Shown piece by piece: positions 16,764 through 26,416 of a stretch of 64,000 nucleotides of DNA; position 1 is the first letter of the stretch, and each line of letters begins with the position of its first letter. The notes beneath the pieces were generated by a model. It saw nothing but the letters and a program-made list of their open reading frames with translations. It was not told where the DNA came from and did not search any database. A program made the translations under genes and the position numbers. Location: assembly GCA_038063535.1 (NCBI GenBank), contig JBBTUV010000004.1, forward strand, positions 114,238 to 178,237, given 5' to 3'. This stretch comes from Patescibacteria group bacterium. Lineage in GTDB: Bacteria > Patescibacteriota > Minisyncoccia > Phycocordibacterales > UBA9973.

Positions 16764-18950
16764 ATGCGATTAGTAATAGTAGAGTCGCCGTCGAAGGCAA
16801 AAACTATCGAGAAGTATCTCGGAGGTGATTTTACTGTACGCGCTTCGATTGGGCACATACGAGATTTGCCAAAATCAAACAAAAAAGCGATAGATATCCC
16901 TGCTGGTTTTGTCCCTAATTACGAAATTTCAAAAGGTAAGGAAAAAGTCGTGAGCGAGCTTAGGAGCTTGGCAAAGAAGGCGGATATAGTGCTCCTCGCG
17001 ACCGACCCTGACCGCGAAGGCGAGGCCATCGCCTGGCACGTCGAAACGCTCTTGGGCGATGGTGGAAAAACGAAACGCGTCCGTTTTTACGAGATTACTA
17101 AGGATGCCGTGGAAGAGGCTCTAAAAATCCCGGAGGAAATCGACATGAAACTGGTGCGGGCGCAGGAGGCGCGCCGAGTGCTCGATCGCCTCGTGGGCTA
17201 TGACCTCTCGGGACTCATATGGAAGAAGGTGCGCTACGGGCTCTCTGCCGGCCGAGTTCAATCCCCTGCGATGCGTATCATCATGGAGCGCGAGCGGGAG
17301 ATCAGAGCATTTGTTCCGGAGAAATTTTGGAAAATCTTCGGACATTTCGAGACGGAGCGCCATGAGAAACTAATGCTTGAGTGTAAAGAGGAACCACGTA
17401 ACGAGAAAGTTGTAGAAGAAATCCTAAAAGTTGGCAAGGGAGGTAAATGGGAAGTTCTGGATGTAAAAGAATCCGAGCAAAAGCGCTCCCCCAGAGCGCC
17501 ATTCACGACTTCAACGCTCCAGCAGGCCGCAAGCTCGCGCCTGGGTTACTCTCCTTCGCGAACAATGCAACTTGCCCAGAAACTTTACGAGGCGGGACAT
17601 ATCACATATATGCGCACTGACAGCACCAATCTCTCGCCGCAAGCGCAAGGCCAGATCTTATCCTATGTTGAGAAAAAGTTCGGCAAAGAATATGTGGGCC
17701 CCCGGGTTTATAAGACCAAATCCAAGAACGCACAGGAAGCTCACGAGGCTATCAGGCCGACCAATGTCAGTGTGCGCGATGCGGGCCATGGTGACGGTGA
17801 CCGGCTCTATGACCTCATCTGGGAGCGTGCGATTTCCTCGCAAATGGCGGATGCCAAGCTACTCAAAACAAAAATCACCGCAAATGTTGCGGACGGAGGC
17901 ATTCCCGATTTCTCGGCAACGGGCTCTCGCCTTCTATTTCCTGGGTGGCTCGCTGTCGATCAAGCTTCGCGCGGTGATGACGTAGAGCTACCGCTTGTAA
18001 AGAGGGGCGAGCCGCTCAAACTCATCTCGCTCTCTGACGAGGAGAAATTTACCGAACCGCCGGGCCGTTTCACCGAAGCGGGTTTGATTAAGGAGCTTGA
18101 AGAGCGCGGCATCGGCCGGCCCTCGACCTATGCTTCGATTATGCGCACTATTGAGGAGCGCGGATATGTGCGGAAGGAAGGCAAGACACTCTTCCCCACT
18201 GACACCGGCGAAGTCGTTTCCGATTTTCTCGAAAAACATTTCGCCAATTATATCTCCGACACCTTTACCGCCGAGATGGAAGATAAACTTGACGCTATTT
18301 CTCGCGGCGAACGCGAATACGAGAGAACACTCAAAGATTTCTATGGACCATTTGCGAAGGACGTTAAATCGAAGGAGAAACTCGAAAAAGCCACGAACCT
18401 GGGCGATGCTCCGGAGAATATCAAATGCCCCAAATGCGGCTCGAAGATGATCGTGAAGCTGTCGCGTGGCGGAAAGTTCTACTCATGTTCGAAATTTCCT
18501 GATTGTGGTGGAGCGCTTACGCTCGAAGGCAAAGAGCTGAAGGGTCCAGTGGAGACCGGCGAGGCCTGCCCCGACTGCGGGGAGAAGCATGGGGGCAAAC
18601 TGGTGGTGAAAGAGCGCCGCGATGGCACCGGTACATTTATCGCCTGCTCGCGCTATCCCAAGTGCAAATTTGTAAAGTCCGACGCGGCGGATGACGAGAA
18701 AAAAAAGACCGGAGTGAAATGCCCCGAGTGCGGCAGGGGCGAGATCGTGGAGCGGCGCGGCAGGTTCGGGATTTTCTACGCGTGTTCGAACTACCCGAGC
18801 TGCAAATTTGCGATAAAAGCAAAGCCTACCGGCAACATTTGCAAAGAGTGCGGATCACTCATGATGGAAGGCACAAAAACCATTCCCGAGCGATGCTCGA
18901 ACAAATCTTGTCCCAACCACAATCCTCACAAATTGAATAAAATCTCCTAA
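16764..18950 (+). CDS. topA: DNA topoisomerase I with four C-terminal C4 zinc ribbons
   Basis: TOPRIM N-terminus LVIVESPSKAKTIEKYLG; full topo IA core; four CPxCG..C..C ribbons at the C-terminus. Confidence 0.9.
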   Translation: MRLVIVESPSKAKTIEKYLGGDFTVRASIGHIRDLPKSNKKAIDIPAGFVPNYEISKGKEKVVSELRSLAKKADIVLLATDPDREGEAIAWHVETLLGDGGKTKRVRFYEITKDAVEEALKIPEEIDMKLVRAQEARRVLDRLVGYDLSGLIWKKVRYGLSAGRVQSPAMRIIMEREREIRAFVPEKFWKIFGHFETERHEKLMLECKEEPRNEKVVEEILKVGKGGKWEVLDVKESEQKRSPRAPFTTSTLQQAASSRLGYSPSRTMQLAQKLYEAGHITYMRTDSTNLSPQAQGQILSYVEKKFGKEYVGPRVYKTKSKNAQEAHEAIRPTNVSVRDAGHGDGDRLYDLIWERAISSQMADAKLLKTKITANVADGGIPDFSATGSRLLFPGWLAVDQASRGDDVELPLVKRGEPLKLISLSDEEKFTEPPGRFTEAGLIKELEERGIGRPSTYASIMRTIEERGYVRKEGKTLFPTDTGEVVSDFLEKHFANYISDTFTAEMEDKLDAISRGEREYERTLKDFYGPFAKDVKSKEKLEKATNLGDAPENIKCPKCGSKMIVKLSRGGKFYSCSKFPDCGGALTLEGKELKGPVETGEACPDCGEKHGGKLVVKERRDGTGTFIACSRYPKCKFVKSDAADDEKKKTGVKCPECGRGEIVERRGRFGIFYACSNYPSCKFAIKAKPTGNICKECGSLMMEGTKTIPERCSNKSCPNHNPHKLNKIS

Positions 18951-19039
18951 ACGCTATATGGGTTACCATATAGCAACGGCGTTCGGACATAGAACAAATA
19001 ATTTTGTTTTTGCTCCTCTCTTGTTGCTATAATCTAGTC

Positions 19040-20500
19040 ATGGCCGAGCCCAGAGAATTAATTGCGCTCTCGGGCGCGAAAATGTTGAGCACTGACCGGG
19101 CGCTCCTCGAGAAAGCATTCTATTTTGCCGAGCGCGCCCATAAAGACCAAAAGAGACTCTCCGGCGAACCGTATTTTACTCACGCCTTTGCGACGGCGAA
19201 GATCATTGCCTGGCTTCGGATGGACGCGAAAACCATCGCCGCCGGTCTCCTGCACGACGTCCTTGAGGACACTCCTGTCACCGAAGAGGAGCTCAAGCGA
19301 GAATTCGGTCCGGACATAGTTTTTTTAGTGAAGGGCGTTACCAAGCTCGGGACTCTCAAATACCGGGGGCATGAGAGGCACGTCGAGAGCCTGCGGAAAT
19401 TCTTCGTTGCTATGGCAAACGATCTCCGAGTGGTGATCATCAAGTTCGCTGACCGCCTGCACAACCTCCAGACTCTGGAACATGTGCCGGCCGAAAAGAG
19501 GGAGCGAATCGCGCTTGAATCGCTCGAGGTGTATGCTCCGCTCGCGAACCGTTTGGGTATGGGAAAACTGCGCGGCCTGATCGAGGATGCTGCATTTCCC
19601 TATGCCTATCCCGAAGAGTACGAGGTGGTGAATAATCTGATCAAGGAAAAAAAGGAGCCTTATGAAAAATATTTGGCCGAGGTCCGGCATACTCTCGAGA
19701 AAGAGCTTCGCAAAAATCGGGTAAAGGTAGTGGAAATTTCGACCCGGATTAAACATAAATACAGCCTCTGGAAAAAACTCGAAAAATATGGCGGCGACCT
19801 GGAGAAAATCTACGACATTATAGCGCTCCGAGTCGTTACGGAAAATATCTCGGACTGCTATCGCATTTTGGGAATAATTCACTCTATTTGGAAACCGCTC
19901 CCTGGGCGGATCAAGGACTATATCGCGGTTCCGAAACCAAATGGCTATCGCTCCATACATACGACTATCTTCACCGGCTCGGGGGGTATTGCCGAAATCC
20001 AGATACGAACCTTGGAGATGCACGCCGAAGCCGCTTACGGTATCGCGGCGCATTTTTCCTACAAGGAAAAAGGAGCGGCACGAGACAAGAAATCCAAATT
20101 CGAGTGGATCGAGGAACTGAAGAATCTGAAAGGTGCGCTTGAAGAACCGAAAAAATTTCTAGAGCACCTCCGGATGGATTTTTTCAGCGACCGCATCTTT
20201 ATCTTTACGCCCAAAGGCGATGTGTTAGATCTGCCTGAGCACTCCACCCCGATTGATTTTGCCTACTCCATCCACTCCGAGATCGGCGACCACACAGCTG
20301 GTGCTAAGATCAACGGCAAAATGTCTCCGATCCTTTCGAAGCTCAAGAACGGAGACATCGTCGAAATAATTTACAGAGAGAATTCGCATCCTTCTAGTAA
20401 ATGGCTCGATGCCTCAAAGACCACCGTAGCTAAAAAGCATATTCGGGCATATCTTGAAAAAAACAGCATATTTGGAAAGTACCGATTCGGCGGGTCTTAG
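19040..20500 (+). CDS. rel: Short bifunctional (p)ppGpp synthetase/hydrolase (RelA/SpoT homolog, HD + synthetase + TGS, no ACT)
   Basis: HD motif LLHDVLEDT; synthetase YDIIALRVV...GYRSIHT; TGS-like C-terminus; TTGTTT-18-TATAAT boxes end 6 nt before the ATG at 19040 (the track's 19004 start is a TTG extension). Confidence 0.85.
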   Translation: MAEPRELIALSGAKMLSTDRALLEKAFYFAERAHKDQKRLSGEPYFTHAFATAKIIAWLRMDAKTIAAGLLHDVLEDTPVTEEELKREFGPDIVFLVKGVTKLGTLKYRGHERHVESLRKFFVAMANDLRVVIIKFADRLHNLQTLEHVPAEKRERIALESLEVYAPLANRLGMGKLRGLIEDAAFPYAYPEEYEVVNNLIKEKKEPYEKYLAEVRHTLEKELRKNRVKVVEISTRIKHKYSLWKKLEKYGGDLEKIYDIIALRVVTENISDCYRILGIIHSIWKPLPGRIKDYIAVPKPNGYRSIHTTIFTGSGGIAEIQIRTLEMHAEAAYGIAAHFSYKEKGAARDKKSKFEWIEELKNLKGALEEPKKFLEHLRMDFFSDRIFIFTPKGDVLDLPEHSTPIDFAYSIHSEIGDHTAGAKINGKMSPILSKLKNGDIVEIIYRENSHPSSKWLDASKTTVAKKHIRAYLEKNSIFGKYRFGGS

Positions 20501-21450
20501 ACGCTCCAATTGGAGATATCGTAGAGGTTCTCTTCCTTCTTTCCCGGCACGGATTCGGGTACGCTATCGTTCTCCGTTTCGGGATTTTCCGCGATGTAAT
20601 TTTCCAACATCTCGTCGGGCGCTTTCCCGCTTCCTTCTATCTGAGTGAGTATCTTCCGGAGATCGTCAACTGAAAGAAAATCAATCCTGATCTGCCCGCC
20701 GAGTTCTCGCTTGTCGATCTGCACGCGGGTGCCGAGTTTCTCCTGGAATTCTTCCTCGATCTGGGCAAGCTCCGGATCGGGGAGAAATTCCTTTTTGCGT
20801 ACTCTGTCGGTTGCGATGTGCCGCGCCATCCTCTCTGCTTCGCGGACAGTTATTTTTTTGTAAAGAATCTCCTTAAAGACTACCATCTGCTCTTCAGGAC
20901 GGTCCGTGAGCATGAGTATCGGTCGAGTGTGTCCATCAGTGATCTTGCCCATGGCAAGTGCGGCAAGCATTTCCTCGGGCAGATTCAAGATCCGAAGTGA
21001 ATTCGATACAAATTCACGTGACTTCCCTACTCTCTTTGCGATTTCAGCATGAGTGAATTTAAATTCCGCGTAAAGCCTCGAGAAAGCGCGCGCTCGGTCG
21101 ACGGGGTTCAAATCTTCACGCTGGAGGTTTTCTATGATCGCAAGCTCTAGCTTCGCCATTTCAGTATCTCCAGTGCGGATAACGGCCGGGATTTGGGATA
21201 CGCCGGCGAGTTTTGCGGCGCGAAGCCTGCGCTCTCCGGCAATCAGTTCATATTCCACTGCAAGTCCACCATCCGTTTTTTCAACCTCCATGCGCGAAAC
21301 GACGAGAGGCTGAAGTACTCCATACTGCCTGATCGATTGCGCGAGATCGGCGAGCCGCTCTTCGTCGAATTCCCGGCGGGGCTGGTAAGGGTTGGGCTTG
21401 ACCTTATCCGTGTCAATCCAGAATATAGAATTGGAATACAAGTTCGACAT
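20497..21450 (-). CDS. parB: Chromosome partitioning protein ParB/Spo0J
   Basis: ParB box KPNPYQPRREF...GVLQPLVV, HTH region, 4-nt overlap with rel. Confidence 0.85.
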   Translation of the reverse strand: MSNLYSNSIFWIDTDKVKPNPYQPRREFDEERLADLAQSIRQYGVLQPLVVSRMEVEKTDGGLAVEYELIAGERRLRAAKLAGVSQIPAVIRTGDTEMAKLELAIIENLQREDLNPVDRARAFSRLYAEFKFTHAEIAKRVGKSREFVSNSLRILNLPEEMLAALAMGKITDGHTRPILMLTDRPEEQMVVFKEILYKKITVREAERMARHIATDRVRKKEFLPDPELAQIEEEFQEKLGTRVQIDKRELGGQIRIDFLSVDDLRKILTQIEGSGKAPDEMLENYIAENPETENDSVPESVPGKKEENLYDISNWSV

Positions 21451-21470
21451 TTTTCTATTTTAGCACAAGA

Positions 21471-21499
21471 TTGATTTTTGTAAAAAATTAAAGTAGTAT
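21471..21499 (+). promoter_or_regulatory. sigma70-like promoter for tRNA-Leu (TTGATT-17-TAGTAT)
   Basis: Boxes read directly upstream of the tRNA. Confidence 0.4.
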
Positions 21500-21513
21500 T
21501 GAAAAACCGAGTT

Positions 21514-21597
21514 GCCGAGGTGGCGAAATTGGTAACCGCAAACGACTCAAAATCGTTCGAGGGCAACCTCTTGGGAGTTCGAGTCTCCCCCTCGGCA
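21514..21597 (+). tRNA. tRNA-Leu (anticodon CAA), long variable arm
   Basis: Acceptor GCCGAGG/CCTCGGC, anticodon stem AACGA/TCGTT with loop CTCAAAA, long variable arm, T arm GGGAG-TTCGAGT-CTCCC, discriminator A. Confidence 0.85.
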
Positions 21598-21607
21598 CAT
21601 AATCACG

Positions 21608-22948
21608 ATGCAGGAATTGGAGGAAAAAAATCATACGAACAAAATCGAGAATTTTGAAGTGGAGGGCGGGCGCAAACTCTCGGGGACGATCCGCACCAAC
21701 GCTTCGAAAAACGGATCGGTGGGGCTCCTCTGCGCCGCGCTTCTTAACCGCGGCCGAACGGTCCTGCACGGCATTTCCCGTATTGAGGAAGTTTTTCGAA
21801 TGATCGAAGTACTCGAAAGTATCGGGGTGAAGATCGAGTGGACGGCACAGCATAGCGTCGAGGTGTCGATTCCCGAAAAATTCGAACTCAATAAACTGAA
21901 TCGCGATTCGGCGATAAAAACCCGCAGTATTGTGATGATCGCTGGCCCCCTGGTTCATTATTTGAAATCATTCTACTTGCCACACGCGCAGGGGTGTCAT
22001 TTGGGAAAAAGAACCATCGCGGCACACATCTATGGCCTCGAAGAACTTGGTGTGGAGATAAAGGTAACGAACCAGAAGTACACTTTCAGCCAAAATAAAC
22101 TCAAGGCCGCCAAAATTGTAATGTACGAATCAGGAGATACCGCCTGCGAGAATCTTTTGACTGCGGCGGCGCTCATTCCAGGAAGAACCACGATAAAATT
22201 CGCAAGTTCGAACTACCAAGTGCAGGAAATTTGCTTCTTCCTAGAAAAACTTGGAGTGAAAATCGACGGAATCGGCACCACCAGCCTCACCGTCCATGGG
22301 GTAAGTGAAATAAAAAAGGATATTGAATACTACAACAGCGAGGACCCGATCGAATCGATGATGTGGATAACCGCTGCGATCGCCACTAATTCTCCTTTGG
22401 AGATCACAAGATGCCCGATCGATTTTTTGGAGCTTGAGCTTTACAAACTCAAAAAGATGGGCCTACGCTTTAAAATTTCAAAGCCCTATAAAGCGAAGAA
22501 TGAAAGAACGACGCTTACTGATTTGGTCATCAAGCCATCCAGGCTTCGCGCGCTGGACGACAAAATCGAAGCACGCCCCTTTCCCGGGCTTAATATCGAC
22601 AACCTCCCCTTTTTCAGCCTGATTGCCGCTTGCGCGAGGGGCCAGACGCTTTTGCACGACTGGGTCTTTGAAAATCGAGCCATTTATCTTACCGAACTGA
22701 ATCGGCTTGGTGCGAACATTCTTCTGGCTGATCCGCACCGACTTTTTATCCAAGGCCCAACCGAGTGGAAACCGGCCCAGGTGGTCTGCCCGCCGGCCTT
22801 GCGTCCCTCGGTTGTGATCATGCTTGCGATGCTGGCCGGGAGCGGTACGTCAACGCTCCGAAACGTATATATGATAAACCGCGGGCACGAAAATATCGTG
22901 GAAAGGTTCAACTCAATCGGTGCAAAAATTAGGACGACCCACGATTAA
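21608..22948 (+). CDS. murA: UDP-N-acetylglucosamine 1-carboxyvinyltransferase
   Basis: 446 aa, EPSP-synthase-like fold; N-terminal motifs (GGRKLSGTI, KNGSVGLLCAALL) typical of MurA. Confidence 0.9.
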   Translation: MQELEEKNHTNKIENFEVEGGRKLSGTIRTNASKNGSVGLLCAALLNRGRTVLHGISRIEEVFRMIEVLESIGVKIEWTAQHSVEVSIPEKFELNKLNRDSAIKTRSIVMIAGPLVHYLKSFYLPHAQGCHLGKRTIAAHIYGLEELGVEIKVTNQKYTFSQNKLKAAKIVMYESGDTACENLLTAAALIPGRTTIKFASSNYQVQEICFFLEKLGVKIDGIGTTSLTVHGVSEIKKDIEYYNSEDPIESMMWITAAIATNSPLEITRCPIDFLELELYKLKKMGLRFKISKPYKAKNERTTLTDLVIKPSRLRALDDKIEARPFPGLNIDNLPFFSLIAACARGQTLLHDWVFENRAIYLTELNRLGANILLADPHRLFIQGPTEWKPAQVVCPPALRPSVVIMLAMLAGSGTSTLRNVYMINRGHENIVERFNSIGAKIRTTHD

Positions 22949-22953
22949 CCCCA

Positions 22954-23844
22954 ATGAAAAAGAAGGTTGTAGTAATTGTCGGGCAGACTTCCACCGGTAA
23001 GAGCGCGCTGGCAATCCGAGTCGCAAAGAAATTTGGCGGCGAAATAATAATTGCCGACTCAAGGCAAATATACAAGGGGCTAGATCTCGGGAGCGGTAAG
23101 ACCACCAAGGATGAGATGAAGGGCGTGCCCCATCACCTCCAGGACATCGCCGACCCAATGAGACACTTCTCGGTTTTTGAGTACACAAAACTTGCCGAGG
23201 AAAAAATAGAGGAGGTCCTTGATCGCAACAAATTGCCGATAATCGTCGGCGGCACGGGATTTTACGTGGATGCGCTCACCCGCGGAACGGTTCTGCCGAG
23301 GGTGCCGCCGAACTCGCAGCTACGCAAAAAACTCAAGAAAAAATCCGCCGCGGAGTTGTTCGCCGAGCTCAAGCGAATTGATCCAGCGAGGGCTGCTACG
23401 ATCGATGCTAAAAACAAAGTTCGCCTGGTCCGCGCCATCGAGATCGCAGGCGCTCTGGGTTGGGTGCCCAAATTAAGAATGGGCATTCCAAAATTTAAGT
23501 TCGTAAAAATCGGATTGACCTTCCCTGATCGGATGCTTAAAAAAAGGATCCGGGCGAGGTTGCGACAGCGCCTGCGAAAAGGAATGGCGGTCGAACTACG
23601 CCGATTGCACGAAGAGGGAGTTCCTTGGAAAAGATTTGAGGAGCTCGGGTTCGATCAGCGTTTCATCGCGCTTTATCTTCAAGGAAAATTGACCGAAAAG
23701 GAGATATTCCCGAAGCTCTTGCAAAAAAATTGGCAGTACGCCAAGCGGCAGTTCGCCTGGTTCAAGCGCGACGAGGAGATCAAATGGTTCGCGCCGCCGC
23801 AGTTTCCCAAGATTATGGATTATCTTCACGAGGCGCTCTCTTGA
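22954..23844 (+). CDS. miaA: tRNA dimethylallyltransferase
   Basis: P-loop VIVGQTSTGKSALAI, DSRQIYKGLDLGSGK motif. Confidence 0.9.
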   Translation: MKKKVVVIVGQTSTGKSALAIRVAKKFGGEIIIADSRQIYKGLDLGSGKTTKDEMKGVPHHLQDIADPMRHFSVFEYTKLAEEKIEEVLDRNKLPIIVGGTGFYVDALTRGTVLPRVPPNSQLRKKLKKKSAAELFAELKRIDPARAATIDAKNKVRLVRAIEIAGALGWVPKLRMGIPKFKFVKIGLTFPDRMLKKRIRARLRQRLRKGMAVELRRLHEEGVPWKRFEELGFDQRFIALYLQGKLTEKEIFPKLLQKNWQYAKRQFAWFKRDEEIKWFAPPQFPKIMDYLHEALS

Positions 23845-24451
23845 ACAGCCTCGGAAGCGCAGGGAAAAACGACGCGAGAATGATGAGAGCGACAATCCAG
23901 AGAACATACTCCTTCGCCTCCGGGAAAAACTTGCCGAGGAAATAACCTCCAAAAATGAAAAGTCCGGCCCAGATTACAGAACCGAGGACGCTCGCTCGAA
24001 TAAATGCACGGTATTCCATCTTGACGGCGCCGGCGACAATCGGCGCGAAAGTGCGGACAATTGGGACAAAACGAGAAAGGATAATTGTCTTTTTTCCGTG
24101 CTTAAAGAAAAACTCACTTGCCTTATTTAAATACTCGTCTTTAATAAATCTTTTGTAAAAAGCACGGTGGCGCCACTTCTCTAGGTGCGAACCAATGTGG
24201 TATCCGGCCAAAATTCCAGTAAAGCTCGCGGTCACGACCAACCCTACTAAAAGGTAGACATTCATTTTGTCACCTGAAGCAAAAAGCCCGGCAGCGAACA
24301 AGAGGCTATCACCCGGCAATGGGAAAAATATTCCCGACTCGAGAAAAATCACGATAATAATACCGATGTACCCGTAAGCCAGGATTTCATTGATTTGCAA
24401 AAATTCCGGCATGATTATTTGCGGGCGATGAGGGAATCGAACCCCCGACAT
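23813..24451 (-). CDS. DedA/SNARE-associated family membrane protein
   Basis: DedA signature IFLESGIFFPLPGDSLLFAAG, multi-TM. Confidence 0.8.
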   Translation of the reverse strand: MSGVRFPHRPQIIMPEFLQINEILAYGYIGIIIVIFLESGIFFPLPGDSLLFAAGLFASGDKMNVYLLVGLVVTASFTGILAGYHIGSHLEKWRHRAFYKRFIKDEYLNKASEFFFKHGKKTIILSRFVPIVRTFAPIVAGAVKMEYRAFIRASVLGSVIWAGLFIFGGYFLGKFFPEAKEYVLWIVALIILASFFPALPRLFKRAPREDNP

Positions 24452-24492
24452 CGGTTTTGGAGACCGAAGTTATACCACTTAACTAATCGCCC
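24422..24492 (-). tRNA. tRNA-Trp (anticodon CCA)
   Basis: Reverse complement folds: acceptor GGGCGAT/ATCGCCC, D arm GTTA/TAAC, anticodon stem TCGGT/ACCGA with loop CTCCAAA, T arm GGGGG-TTCGATT-CCCTC, discriminator G. Confidence 0.85.
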
Positions 24493-24502
24493 CGCTCCAA
24501 AA

Positions 24503-24661
24503 TTATTTCTTGACTTCCTTGTGCTTGATCTTCTTGCGACACCATTTGCAATATTTCAAGAGCTCGATCTTTTTCTCGACGAGCTTCTTGTTTTTGCTTG
24601 ACCAATAATTGATGCGCTTGCAGTTTCCGCAGGCGAGCTTTATAAGTCTATCCTGTGACAT
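24503..24661 (-). CDS. rpmG: 50S ribosomal protein L33
   Basis: Manually translated 52-aa ORF below the track cutoff: MSQDRLIKLACGNCKRINYWSSKNKKLVEKKIELLKYCKWCRKKIKHKEVKK, with the L33 CxxC...CxxC zinc ribbon and RNY/KNKK/KYC pattern; immediately downstream of tRNA-Trp. Confidence 0.8.
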   Translation of the reverse strand: MSQDRLIKLACGNCKRINYWSSKNKKLVEKKIELLKYCKWCRKKIKHKEVKK

Positions 24662-24674
24662 GCTCTAAATACTA

Positions 24675-25457
24675 TTATAAAATAACCTTTTTAGCAACCA
24701 CTTTGCGTTTCAGGAGCTTGGAAGCAACTTTTTCGAACTTTCTCGAATCTCCGGTCGTAAAGTAGATCGCACTGCCTTTGCCGTTCGCTTTTTTCTTAAG
24801 CAAAAATCTTGTTCGTCTTGCTATGGCCAGCCCTGAATCGATTAATTTTATTTTGGGTCCTAGCATTTTTCCTATTGTGCTCTTAAGGAACGGATAATGT
24901 GTGCATCCAAGCACTAAGCAATCAGCATTTGAATTTTTGACGCCGTTCAAGTACTTCGCGAGTAATTTTTTGACTTCAGGATTATCAATACTTCCTTTCT
25001 CAACAGTGTTCTCCAAATTCTTGCAGCCGATATTAATTACATCCACATCTTTGGCAAATTCCCTGATGAGTCTTCCCACGGTTTTACTTTTCGAAGTAGC
25101 CGGAGTGGAGATGACGGCGATAATGCCGCTTCTCGTGCGTTTTGCGGCAGGCTTAATAGCAGGCTCTGTACCCACGATAGGCAATTTATATCCGGCACGA
25201 AGTTCCTTAATCGTGTAGCACGTGGCGGTATTGCAGGCAATTACGAACATCTTGATATCCTGCTCGGCGATGAGATAATCCACGACCTTGTACATGAATC
25301 CAACAAGCTCTTTTTTACCCTTTTCGCCGTAAGGTACATTTTTCTGGTCGGCAAAAAAGACAAAATTTTCCTTAGGCAGGAGTTTTTTAAGCTCAATAAG
25401 TATAGAGAGCCCTCCCACCCCCGAATCAAAAACCCCGATCGGCCGATTATCTGTCAT
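24675..25457 (-). CDS. murI: Glutamate racemase
   Basis: IGVFDSGVGGLS and CNTA / GCTHYP catalytic cysteine motifs. Confidence 0.9.
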   Translation of the reverse strand: MTDNRPIGVFDSGVGGLSILIELKKLLPKENFVFFADQKNVPYGEKGKKELVGFMYKVVDYLIAEQDIKMFVIACNTATCYTIKELRAGYKLPIVGTEPAIKPAAKRTRSGIIAVISTPATSKSKTVGRLIREFAKDVDVINIGCKNLENTVEKGSIDNPEVKKLLAKYLNGVKNSNADCLVLGCTHYPFLKSTIGKMLGPKIKLIDSGLAIARRTRFLLKKKANGKGSAIYFTTGDSRKFEKVASKLLKRKVVAKKVIL

Positions 25458-26416
25458 TTGAAGCTTGTTTTTAATTTCTTCTCGCGACTATATCGCTCAA
25501 TCGCTAGTTCAATCAGTTTGTCGAGAAGTTTGGGAAAAGGGAGCCCGCTTGCCTCAAACATTCGCCGGAACATAACTGGCCCCGGGATAGTATTGATTTC
25601 ATTGACATAAACCTGGCCTTTATGACTTACAAAAAAATCAACTCTTCCCATACCTTCGCATTCGAGTGCTTTATAAGTGCGCCTGGCTAAATCCTGAATT
25701 CTTTTTAAAAGTTTACGGGGCAATTTTACCGGAACAACATATTCAGTCCCACTCGAATCATCGTATTTGGCCTTGTAGGTGTAAAACTCTTCTTTTGGAA
25801 TAATTTCGCCTGGGCGTGATACAAAAAGTTTACCGTTTCCAATGACCGCGCACTCGATTTCCCTGCCCTCTATTCCCTCCTCGATCAGGATTTTTTTGTC
25901 GTATTTAAATGCGCCTTGGACCGCCCTTTTGTATTCTCTCGCATTCATCACCTTACTTACTCCTACCGAGGAACCGGTATTTGCGGGTTTAACGAAAATC
26001 GGCAACCTTAACTTTTTTCCCACCACGCTGAAACTCGGAACGTCATTAGCCACGCAGGAAATAAATTTCACAACTGGGATCCTGGCATCGCGCAGCAGTT
26101 TTTTGCTCACATCCTTATCCATGCCAACTGCTGATCCCAGTACTCCCGCGCCTACGAAAGGAACACCCAGGAGCTTCAGGAATCCCTGGATCGTTCCGTC
26201 CTCACCGAAAAGCCCGTGGAATACCGGTACAACTACGTCGTAATTCCTTAAGCTATTCCAATTATATCTTCCGCTCCTTGGAATTTTTTTGGGCGTAACC
26301 AAGTATTTATTTCGGTCCAGATTCTCAATCACTTTCCGCGCAGACTCAATCGAAACTTCATGTTCCGGAGATTTTCCTCCATAGAGAACAGCTATCTTCA
26401 ATTTTTTTCTCGCCAT
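25454..26416 (-). CDS. ddl: D-alanine--D-alanine ligase
   Basis: IAVLYGGKSPEHEVS N-domain, ATP-grasp core (GSSVGV, EINTIPG). Confidence 0.9.
   Translation of the reverse strand: MARKKLKIAVLYGGKSPEHEVSIESARKVIENLDRNKYLVTPKKIPRSGRYNWNSLRNYDVVVPVFHGLFGEDGTIQGFLKLLGVPFVGAGVLGSAVGMDKDVSKKLLRDARIPVVKFISCVANDVPSFSVVGKKLRLPIFVKPANTGSSVGVSKVMNAREYKRAVQGAFKYDKKILIEEGIEGREIECAVIGNGKLFVSRPGEIIPKEEFYTYKAKYDDSSGTEYVVPVKLPRKLLKRIQDLARRTYKALECEGMGRVDFFVSHKGQVYVNEINTIPGPVMFRRMFEASGLPFPKLLDKLIELAIERYSREKKLKTSFK

Noticed and set aside
19004-19039. N-terminal extension of rel (MFLLLSCCYNLV, TTG start)
   Set aside because: A TATAAT -10 lies inside it, 6 nt before the in-frame ATG at 19040. The extension is therefore unlikely to be translated. 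Similar extensions were trimmed for ftsI (to 59581), mraZ (to 61202), the ABC ATPase (to 48646) and the exonuclease (to 53744).
19325-20053. 242-aa ORF antisense to rel
   Set aside because: Shadow ORF opposite a well-supported RSH gene.
21243-21958. Minus-strand ORFs (107 and 156 aa) overlapping tRNA-Leu and the murA 5' end
   Set aside because: They overlap a confidently folded tRNA and the murA start, and have no motifs.
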